A DNA stretch of 64,000 nt from a virus: IMG/VR virus record IMGVR_UViG_3300036770_002165, positions 31,598 through 95,597 of that record; one strand, given 5' to 3'. The notes beneath the pieces are model-generated. The model worked only from the letters and a program-made list of their open reading frames with translations. It did no database searches and was not told the origin of the DNA. The number at the start of each line of letters is the position of its first letter. The stretch's first letter is position 1. Shown in pieces: positions 56,577-64,000 of the stretch. The position numbers and the translations under genes are program-made.

Positions 56577-58106
56577 TCAGAGTGTTGATGCGGTGTTGGA
56601 ACCGCCGGTCCATTGGCTGATATTGATTACAACGAATTCGGCTGGGTACTGCAGGGCGACACCAACCTCCATACGAACTTCTCCATTGTTCACGGTGAGC
56701 GCGGTGTTGTTTGTCTCATCACAGATTACGTAGAAGGCCTCAGAAGCATTAGCCCCCTTAAGACCACCAGCGCGCCAAAACTCGCTGAGGATGGCAGACG
56801 CAGTCATGTTGAGGCGAGTCCACAGCCGGTCGTCGTTGGGCTCAAACACTGCAAAGGATGTTGAATCCTTCAGTGTCTGCTTCAGGAAGTTCAACGAACG
56901 ACGAATCGTGATGTACTTACCGGGGCTCGTGCGGTCAAGGGTGCGTGCACCATTAACCACAATCCCTGCGCCTGGCACTGCCTTGAAGATGTTGACACCG
57001 AAATTGTCGTACAGCAGGGCGGAATCAGCCGAGGTGAACGTGCCGGTAAGGCCAAGTGCGTTACGAACCTCTGCAGCGTACCCGGCTGGTGACTTAGCTA
57101 CTGAACGAGTAAAGTCAGTTCGGACGTAGATACCAGCGATGGCCCCACCCGGATAGGTGTCACGAATAGCACCAGGTCCAGTCTTTGTTGGGTCCACCAT
57201 CTTAAGCATTGGGTAGTACACCGCACCGTAGGAGGACGCGGTGTAGCCGCCGACCGTTCCAGCACCGATAGTTGTGGTGTCGGTTGAAGTAGTGGGGTCG
57301 ATAATTACGAACGAATTACCTCGCTCCTCAGCCTTTGCAAGAAGCGCGTTCACTACCGCACTGCTTGTCTGACCAGGTGCGTTTAGAAGAAGCACACCTT
57401 CAACGGTGTCAAGGTTAGAAAGAGCAGAAATGTAATGGGTTGCTTCTACAGGGTCTCCATCGGAGCCCATAAACATTGAGAAGACATCAGAACTAAAAGC
57501 CCACTCTGCGCTAGCAGTTAGACCGCTAGCTACGGAAACCTGCACGTACTTGGAGTATGTGTTTATTACAGTCTCAACGTATCGGTTGTTAGTTGGGTCA
57601 GTTGAAACTTCATTCCAACGCTCTACCTCAACACCAGCGAGCCGAACAGAGACGTTAAAAGTAGGAACTACTGATGCTGTAGCAGCTACTGCCCCGCCGG
57701 TAGTTACGATCGACAGATCGTCACCCCAGACGCCCTCACTGGATGCTTCGACGGAAAATAGAGCGGCAGAGGCTGCTCCTGTACCATTTGGGTAATACGC
57801 AACCGTGGCGGTCGCCTTTGTAGCAGGGCTGCCATCTCCTGAAGTGCGTAGAACTCGCAGGATGTAGGCATCACGACCACCATTAGCAAAGTAGTGGTAA
57901 ACGGAATAACCCATCTCATGCTCAATGGAAATGTCGCCAAACGTCGACTTAAATGAGCTCCATGAGTTGATGAGTGTTGGTGTCAGCGGTCCACGTGGGG
58001 CTGTACCGATAAAGGTGGCTACAGCCTGAGCGTTGTTAGCGCGAGCAACGTTACTTACCAATGGCGATTCGGTAACGTAAACACCTGGGTTTGAGTATGT
58101 AGGCAT
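56577..58106 (-). CDS. contractile tail sheath
   Basis: PGVYV.E; YFANGG; GARTL; VFEPND; PAEFV. Confidence 0.96.
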   Translation of the reverse strand: MPTYSNPGVYVTESPLVSNVARANNAQAVATFIGTAPRGPLTPTLINSWSSFKSTFGDISIEHEMGYSVYHYFANGGRDAYILRVLRTSGDGSPATKATATVAYYPNGTGAASAALFSVEASSEGVWGDDLSIVTTGGAVAATASVVPTFNVSVRLAGVEVERWNEVSTDPTNNRYVETVINTYSKYVQVSVASGLTASAEWAFSSDVFSMFMGSDGDPVEATHYISALSNLDTVEGVLLLNAPGQTSSAVVNALLAKAEERGNSFVIIDPTTSTDTTTIGAGTVGGYTASSYGAVYYPMLKMVDPTKTGPGAIRDTYPGGAIAGIYVRTDFTRSVAKSPAGYAAEVRNALGLTGTFTSADSALLYDNFGVNIFKAVPGAGIVVNGARTLDRTSPGKYITIRRSLNFLKQTLKDSTSFAVFEPNDDRLWTRLNMTASAILSEFWRAGGLKGANASEAFYVICDETNNTALTVNNGEVRMEVGVALQYPAEFVVINISQWTGGSNTASTL

Positions 58107-58811
58107 TTAAATGACCTCCGAAAACGGGGTAGTGAATACAGTGGGGTTCTGATTGTCTGCATTTGTAATAGTAGCAACAACTGATGTAACTTGCTTGACT
58201 TGGACTAGGTCGGATGCGGGGATCTCAGCCGACATATGTAATGTGTACACTTTTCTAAAGATCCGCTTACGGTAGCCAGCTTCTCCGTCAAGGAGATCGC
58301 TGTTTACCCACGAGATCAAATCAAACCGACGGATTGTCCCGTCTTCCGGGACCTCGATAAAACCGCGGCGAAAGGGCGCTACGCGTCGCAAAATCTTCGA
58401 GGTCAACTGCCGATCATGTAGAGCGCTTCTGGCGTAGGTTGAGATTTGGTAAATGAGAGTCACTGGAACAAATGAATCCGTCCGCAAGTAGTCGTTGCCA
58501 CCCAGCTCAGCAGCCATGCCAGCGGCGTCTAGTTCGGACGGGAAATAATCGAGGTAGACAGGAGATAGGGATGCCCCGGAAATACCACTCGCGTAGTAGT
58601 ATGACTGCTCGGAGTGCTGCAGGGATCGGTTATGGGATAGCCCAACATGCTCGATTGTTATAAACGGGTATTCCTTCTCGGTCTCCCCCTCGGGATAACG
58701 GAAGAATACTTTTGCGACACGCTGGGGGTTCTTATCGTCTGATACAGATATATTCGAAAAGCGAGCCTTAATAGCGGCATCTTCTGCGAGCAGGAATCCG
58801 GGATGAGTCAC
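58107..58811 (-). CDS. tail terminator-like protein
   Basis: Precedes sheath; YPFITI, P..L.YQI. Confidence 0.65.
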   Translation of the reverse strand: MTHPGFLLAEDAAIKARFSNISVSDDKNPQRVAKVFFRYPEGETEKEYPFITIEHVGLSHNRSLQHSEQSYYYASGISGASLSPVYLDYFPSELDAAGMAAELGGNDYLRTDSFVPVTLIYQISTYARSALHDRQLTSKILRRVAPFRRGFIEVPEDGTIRRFDLISWVNSDLLDGEAGYRKRIFRKVYTLHMSAEIPASDLVQVKQVTSVVATITNADNQNPTVFTTPFSEVI

Positions 58812-59194
58812 AGGTCGTAACCCTTCATTGCGACTTTGTACTCCTCGTTAAAGTCATTCTCGTAAACCCGCATTACACCTCGTGGTGGGGAGTCTGGGGT
58901 ACCGTACTCCAGGGCCTCTGCCATCCGCAGTTCTTCTTCGGTACCTTCCACCCCCACCGTTACCCGGTCATCCGCGCCGATGGTTACATTTAGGTTTTGT
59001 GCTGATGTGCCCCACAGTTCCGGAGACGATGCCTCACGCCTAATCTTTGATGTAAATGAGCGGGCTACACGGGAACGTATGGATGGTTTTACTGAGGATT
59101 CAGAAAACGCGGAGGTGAACCCGATGGAGCCTAGGAGGGCGTTAGCCAACACAGAACTAGGAGAGGATTCAGATGTAGAGGTAGCCTTAGACAT
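58808..59194 (-). CDS. neck/tail completion protein
   Basis: LEYGT...PP motif. Confidence 0.6.
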   Translation of the reverse strand: MSKATSTSESSPSSVLANALLGSIGFTSAFSESSVKPSIRSRVARSFTSKIRREASSPELWGTSAQNLNVTIGADDRVTVGVEGTEEELRMAEALEYGTPDSPPRGVMRVYENDFNEEYKVAMKGYDL

Positions 59195-59254
59195 GGCCGT
59201 ACTCTCCGGGTTCTGGGCAGTTGTAGTACCTAACGCACGTCAGGTGATATAAGT

Positions 59255-59791
59255 TTACCCTAAAGTAGGGAGGGTTGCAGGCCATGCGTAATTGTCTATA
59301 CGCAATTGCTCAGGTCCTGGATCATTTATAAACTCTTGGTCAATTAATATTTCTTGACCAGCAATAAGCACAAACACGTCATCGCGTAGACGGCCACGGA
59401 CCCGATAATCGTAGACAGAGTAGTACCTACCATCATATGAAAATATATCATTTAGATGGTTACGGTATTCCCAAGGTTGGTCTATACCAGCGTCTCGCAT
59501 GTCCTGGATTGACACAAACATGTTCATTGTTTGCACAGGCTGACGGCCTTCTGGGATAGACCTCTTTTGATCTTCGTTCTCTGAACCCAAAAGTATAGGA
59601 AGTACTACTCCAGTCTTGTACTCCCTTCCACCAACGCCTGGTACACCCTCGTCATAAACATCGTCGTAGATGCTATTGACAGACGCTGACCCTAGCGGCT
59701 TGAATTCATACCAAATAACGCTTTCGCCAGCCACATCGTGGTGGCGGCGGAAGTGTTTGTTTATGATGCCTAGTTCTCTACGAACGTCCAT
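59255..59791 (-). CDS. head closure/neck protein
   Basis: Position; DDVYDE motif. Confidence 0.6.
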   Translation of the reverse strand: MDVRRELGIINKHFRRHHDVAGESVIWYEFKPLGSASVNSIYDDVYDEGVPGVGGREYKTGVVLPILLGSENEDQKRSIPEGRQPVQTMNMFVSIQDMRDAGIDQPWEYRNHLNDIFSYDGRYYSVYDYRVRGRLRDDVFVLIAGQEILIDQEFINDPGPEQLRIDNYAWPATLPTLG

Positions 59792-60588
59792 CAGTAGTAC
59801 GCCGTAGTCGTCTGCCCAGATCTTGGGGTAGTGTCAACGTACACGTCCTCCCGCAGGTTGTCGTCGGATAGCTCGGTGTTAACAACACCGGAATCGATAT
59901 CTGGCCAGAGACGCTCAAGTGGTGAATAGTCCCCGAATTCCTTAGGCTTGTATAGAGGTACAAGGCGATTAGTGGTGCGGGATGTACGTCGTAGGCTAAA
60001 TACCTCAAGTCGGTCTACGCCGATGTTAAGCGCCGTAGCATGACGCTTGTACTCCCCTTCCCACTGAGCAAGCATGGACTGAACCATACGGAAACGTTGG
60101 CTGGCCGGAATGTGCACAGACTCAGACGTTATTACGTCGATATCACGGCTGTACTCAGTAAGAAGGGCCCAAAGACATTCCACAATTGCAGCAATACCAA
60201 TGGCGTTGACAAGCATGTCTGACATGCCTTCTATACCAACCTTTAGATCGCGCAAATGCTTTTCTAGGGCGCGCTGAGAGTAGAACGATAGATCAGCTGG
60301 GGTTACCCATTCATAGTAGTATCCCTCAATCAGGAGCTTTGACCCAGTTGGTGGTACCGACGCCAGGCGAAGGATGCCGTTGCGGTCATCAAGTGAGTAC
60401 GACGATGACGCCAGCTCCGTCGTCACACCTGTAGTTGTGTACGTTGCAACCCACAGGCTGCTTGCGTCTATGTTGGTCTGCCCTAGTTGGTAGGTGCGCC
60501 CAGCAACGTCAAAAGTTGTTTGAAAGAAGCGCGGAAAGTCCCGAAGGTAAGTACGGGCAATCGTCTCTATATCTGCAAAGGTAGCCAC
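59791..60588 (-). CDS. head-tail adaptor/neck protein
   Basis: Position; RTSRTTNRLVP.Y. Confidence 0.6.
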   Translation of the reverse strand: MATFADIETIARTYLRDFPRFFQTTFDVAGRTYQLGQTNIDASSLWVATYTTTGVTTELASSSYSLDDRNGILRLASVPPTGSKLLIEGYYYEWVTPADLSFYSQRALEKHLRDLKVGIEGMSDMLVNAIGIAAIVECLWALLTEYSRDIDVITSESVHIPASQRFRMVQSMLAQWEGEYKRHATALNIGVDRLEVFSLRRTSRTTNRLVPLYKPKEFGDYSPLERLWPDIDSGVVNTELSDDNLREDVYVDTTPRSGQTTTAYY

Positions 60589-60600
60589 GTCAATATTCTA

Positions 60601-60735
60601 CTATGAGTCAGGTAAGGTATCTTGACGGGCCTGGTTAACACCAGGGTATGAATCTCTGAGTCTCTTACTAGTTATAGACCTTTTAAGTAGTACGGTTAGT
60701 GCCCCAAGACCAGTTGGCTTAGGCAAAGTGCTCAT
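60601..60735 (-). CDS. small hypothetical protein (44 aa, not in ORF track)
   Basis: MSTLPKPTG...; ATGA overlap. Confidence 0.4.
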   Translation of the reverse strand: MSTLPKPTGLGALTVLLKRSITSKRLRDSYPGVNQARQDTLPDS

Positions 60736-61985
60736 GCGTACCTTATAAAGTATCGGACGTACAACGTCTCTGGACGGAGGTCAATTGGGGTCGGGGACTC
60801 TTGTCCTGCGTAACCAGTAAACAAGTTTGAACTAGGGGGGATAGCCACGCTATGGCGGTGGTCTGGGGCTTTTTCAGTTTTTGCTGTCCCATTAATATTG
60901 CTTTGAACGTTTGGGTCACCCGGTTCAGATACCGCCCTAAAGGAGCTAAACGTGTTGCGGCGGTAGTCATGTAGGTGCTCTCCGCCCAACCCGCTGTCCA
61001 CCGCGTTGTGACCGTGGTCCATGGTATGGCGGTGCCGCGGCAAGTTACCTTCAGTCAGGGTTACTTGAGACCCTACGTTTCCTACTGGTGATGCAAGCGA
61101 ACCTCCAGTGGATGGCAGCCCGGCAAGATACATACCGCGAAGGTCTGGTACTTTAAATCTGGTTGTACCCGACTCTTGGCCAAAGGAGTAGTTTAAGACA
61201 TTAAACAAAAGTGGCTTTGTTACCGGGTCTTCAAACCTTCCGTCGCACTCCATCCACACTGCCGGATTTGGTGAGCTACCCGCAACAAGCCAAGTAATTA
61301 CCGTACCTACAGGCACACCTGGGTCAGCCTGGATGTTGGCTAGCTCTACCCACTGGTCACTGGTGCGCTTTACGTAAACTCCGGATGAACCAACACCTAG
61401 AGATCCGGTTTGTAAGTAGAAGTCACCTACGGAACCAACGCTTGGTTGTGGGGCAACAGGTCCACGAAAAGGTATAGGTGTTTGAATATTCTTACGTTTG
61501 TCGACGATTTCTGCCGATGTAATACTGTTACTGGCAAAACGGTAGATGCTAGCTAGAACCACATCTGTGTCGGGGTTGAAGTAGCTGAGTACGTTCAAAC
61601 CCGCTGTAGAAACAATGCGGCTCTTGGACTTGGGGAAAGCCGGGTTAGTTGCTGACTCACTACCAAACAGGCACACTACGGATGCCGTTGACCCAGAAAC
61701 ACGCGCAACAATTAGGTCAAAACGTAGGGTACTTGGGGGTGAGGGAAGGGGTAGGTAACTGTTCGGCTCTACTGCGTAGACGGTGCCGTTAATTACAACC
61801 ACACCACCGGCTACTGCTACTGCGGTGCCCTGCACTGTAGTTGGTGTTACTTCACACCCACTAATAACCCCGGTATTACTGTTACCAAGAACCTCAAAGT
61901 CAATTGAGTCTGGCTCGGCCTGGTCTAACGCTGAGTACTTGTTACCCGACGTGGTATCGATCGCGTTAGGAATAATGTAAGGCAT
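60732..61985 (-). CDS. fibre protein with tail-collar domain
   Basis: PVGTVITW...WMECDG...FKVPDLRG; HRH motifs. Confidence 0.8.
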   Translation of the reverse strand: MPYIIPNAIDTTSGNKYSALDQAEPDSIDFEVLGNSNTGVISGCEVTPTTVQGTAVAVAGGVVVINGTVYAVEPNSYLPLPSPPSTLRFDLIVARVSGSTASVVCLFGSESATNPAFPKSKSRIVSTAGLNVLSYFNPDTDVVLASIYRFASNSITSAEIVDKRKNIQTPIPFRGPVAPQPSVGSVGDFYLQTGSLGVGSSGVYVKRTSDQWVELANIQADPGVPVGTVITWLVAGSSPNPAVWMECDGRFEDPVTKPLLFNVLNYSFGQESGTTRFKVPDLRGMYLAGLPSTGGSLASPVGNVGSQVTLTEGNLPRHRHTMDHGHNAVDSGLGGEHLHDYRRNTFSSFRAVSEPGDPNVQSNINGTAKTEKAPDHRHSVAIPPSSNLFTGYAGQESPTPIDLRPETLYVRYFIRYA

Positions 61986-61993
61986 TTGCTACC

Positions 61994-62245
61994 TCAGAGG
62001 GTGTCGTAGATGTTTCCTGACGCCCGCAGGTAGTTGAAGAGGTCCTTGGGGAGCTTGTAGCGCTTACCATCTTCAAAGTTGTAAGCAGTACGGCCCCAGA
62101 ACATCTTCCAGGTTCCCTTAACACGGGCGTTTACGAGATTTGCGTCGGCAGCCATTGCGATTACCGGCTCTTCGACAACTGGTTCTCCGTAAACCACAAT
62201 GTCTTCTTCTACTTCAACGAACTCTGGATTTGTTTTCCGAACCAT
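61994..62245 (-). CDS. small head-associated protein (tentative)
   Basis: AGGAG RBS; YNFEDGKRYK.P. Confidence 0.6.
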   Translation of the reverse strand: MVRKTNPEFVEVEEDIVVYGEPVVEEPVIAMAADANLVNARVKGTWKMFWGRTAYNFEDGKRYKLPKDLFNYLRASGNIYDTL

Positions 62246-62274
62246 TTTAGCTCCTATTGGGTACATAAATGAAG

Positions 62275-62304
62275 ATGGTGGGGGTGGTTACCCACCCCCA
62301 CCAT
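62275..62304 (-). terminator. hairpin after endonuclease gene
   Basis: ATGGTGGGGGTGG/CCACCCCCACCAT. Confidence 0.7.
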
Positions 62305-62328
62305 ACTACATCATCCGGCCTCTGTGGC

Positions 62329-62793
62329 TCAGGAAATGGCACCACCGAGGTATCTTATGGCTGATAGTAGTAGGTTTGGATTATCTTTAAAATGTCCTAA
62401 TCCAGAATTGCAGTTAGTACAGAGTAGGCCCCGTACGCAGTTTCCGCAAGATGTAGGACCCGAACAACATGCATGGTCGTGGTCTACTGATAGACGACTT
62501 GTAGGCAGACTGCTTAATACAGTACCACAAACAGCACACTCACCATTTTGTTTTGCAAGTAAATCGTCGTATTGATCTACTGTTAAATTAAACCGCTTAA
62601 GTCTCTGGCGTAGCTTTTGAGCGTTGTATAGATCTGGGTTGTTGTTAATCCAGTTTCGTTGTTTTATTATCCCGCATGACTTGCAGTATGGTTGTATTTT
62701 TAATTTACTTTTTGAAGACTTACTTTTGTGATACTCAGTTAGTGGTTTTTCAGTCTCACAGTTGGGACATTTCTTGGTGATCTCGTCTGACAT
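62329..62793 (-). mobile_element. Endonuclease VII-family free-standing homing endonuclease
   Basis: Q.G.CAVC...VDHDH...VRGLLC..CN.GLG..KDN; AT-rich relative to flanks. Confidence 0.88.
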
Positions 62794-62810
62794 GCCTTTA
62801 GAATAACATG

Positions 62811-62840
62811 GAAGAAGGGGGCCAACTGGCCCCCTTCTTC
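62811..62840 (-). terminator. hairpin after major capsid gene
   Basis: GAAGAAGGGGGCCA/TGGCCCCCTTCTTC. Confidence 0.7.
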
Positions 62841-62860
62841 GCAGTAACTATGAAGTTCGA

Positions 62861-63940
62861 TCAGGAGATCGCCCCTCCAAGTGTATTCAGGATGACTCGT
62901 GACTCGTGAGTGATGACACCGAAGCCCCAGATGGCGTACCAAGCGAGACCGTGCTCACGACCGAAGTCGATGACGCCACCGTCGCGGAGTTCAACTGGGA
63001 GTGCGATGGCATGACCAAAGGCGTTGTCACCGATCATGATGGCGCTGTAGGACTCAGCGTCGGGAGCCTGTGCGCCACCGGCCACTGGATCGAGGTCAGC
63101 GGGAAGGGAAAGACCCTTCTTGACCTGGGTGGTCTCAATGAACACCACGTCGTAGAGACGCCCGATTTCACCAAGCATGAAGTTGCCGGGGGCGGCGTAC
63201 TTGGTGACTTCGATGAACTCTGGCCAGTCGCGGAGGCTACGGGCCTGTGATGGGTGCACGAAGCACACGTAGGTGTCGCCAAGACGGGGGATGTTCTGAC
63301 CGGCGAGGACCTCGACAGCGTCCTTGATGGAGGCTGGACTGAGGTAGCCAGGGGCGCTGGCTGTGCCGACAGTACCCGCATCGTATGGGCTGATTGCGCC
63401 ACGGGTTGTCGCGGGGTTACGACCGAAGACAACGCTTGGAGCAACGGCAGAGCCGCCACCGAAGGGAACGCCGTTGGCGTACAGGGTGTTACGAGCCTGG
63501 ATGTCCATGCTCTGGGCCATGTGACGACCAAGGAGACGTGAGGCGGAGGCCATAACGTCGTCGAATGAAGCATTAAGCAACAGTTCGGTAACGGCAACGG
63601 CCTGACCATGCTCAGTCACGGTGATCTGAATCTGGCTAGCTGACAGGGCTACTGGCTCCATACGCACACCTTCGGTGAGTGTTGCACCGGTGCTCTCGTT
63701 TACGGCGAGGTTGGTGTAACGCATGAAGTTGATGGTGAGACCTGGCATAACGCCAAGCTCGGTCTTCTTTACAGCAAACTGCTCGAACCGTAGTACGGGC
63801 ATGGCCTGGAAAAGAATTTCCTTTGACCAGATCTGCTGAATTGCTGGTGAAAGAGTTGCGTCACTGGAATAACCGGTCGTAGTAATGCTCTGAAGACCGG
63901 CTCCGGTAACCGCACCTCCTGCGGGGGCGGGAAATGCCAT
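62861..63940 (-). CDS. major capsid protein (N4-gp56-like)
   Basis: L.EG...EHG.AV..TE; YV.FVHP.Q..L; GEIG...V.FIET; DFGR. Confidence 0.9.
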   Translation of the reverse strand: MAFPAPAGGAVTGAGLQSITTTGYSSDATLSPAIQQIWSKEILFQAMPVLRFEQFAVKKTELGVMPGLTINFMRYTNLAVNESTGATLTEGVRMEPVALSASQIQITVTEHGQAVAVTELLLNASFDDVMASASRLLGRHMAQSMDIQARNTLYANGVPFGGGSAVAPSVVFGRNPATTRGAISPYDAGTVGTASAPGYLSPASIKDAVEVLAGQNIPRLGDTYVCFVHPSQARSLRDWPEFIEVTKYAAPGNFMLGEIGRLYDVVFIETTQVKKGLSLPADLDPVAGGAQAPDAESYSAIMIGDNAFGHAIALPVELRDGGVIDFGREHGLAWYAIWGFGVITHESRVILNTLGGAIS

Positions 63941-64000
63941 GGTGTTATCCTCCGATGGATAGGTTTATTGGTTGGGTTGTTAGAACCGGCCTCGTTGAGT

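Noticed and set aside
978-63609. Numerous antisense and alternate-frame ORFs in the track (e.g. 978-1592, 8225-8869, 20535-21146, 33555-34103, 63034-63609)
   Set aside because: Shadows of well-supported genes in GC-rich DNA, with no RBS or motifs.

Overview
This 64 kb window is a gene-dense segment of a large contractile-tailed (myovirus-type) phage; no host chromosome is evident. Two WhiB genes, an MSMEG_6728-like gene and a DUF732-like lipoprotein suggest an actinobacterial host (inference). Layout: (i) 1-14972, + strand early/accessory arm with two MoxR AAA+/vWA pairs, an SNF2 helicase, a ParB-like protein, a stand-alone sigma-70 region 4 protein, a GcrA-like HTH and an HNH gene; (ii) 14969-41678, - strand regulatory, modification and replication block (deaminase, WhiBs, glycosyltransferase, SpoVS, Cas4-like nuclease, RecA, PolA, SSB, SNF2, primase, DnaB, DnaC, initiator with internal iterons); (iii) 41864-43151, + strand Dps and small basic protein island; (iv) 43278-63940, - strand virion genes from baseplate to major capsid. 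Top unexplained signals: a putative ~95-nt sRNA (41759-41852) whose loop is complementary to an extended RBS shared by several phage genes; a palindrome (CTAAnnnTTAG) array confined to the left end; a conserved CGCAATCGTG-N5-GTCCA hairpin before three genes; and an EndoVII homing endonuclease that ends in the same LGGAIS peptide as the capsid gene, synonymously recoded. Protein calls are by motif recognition and all scans were by eye; no searches were run.
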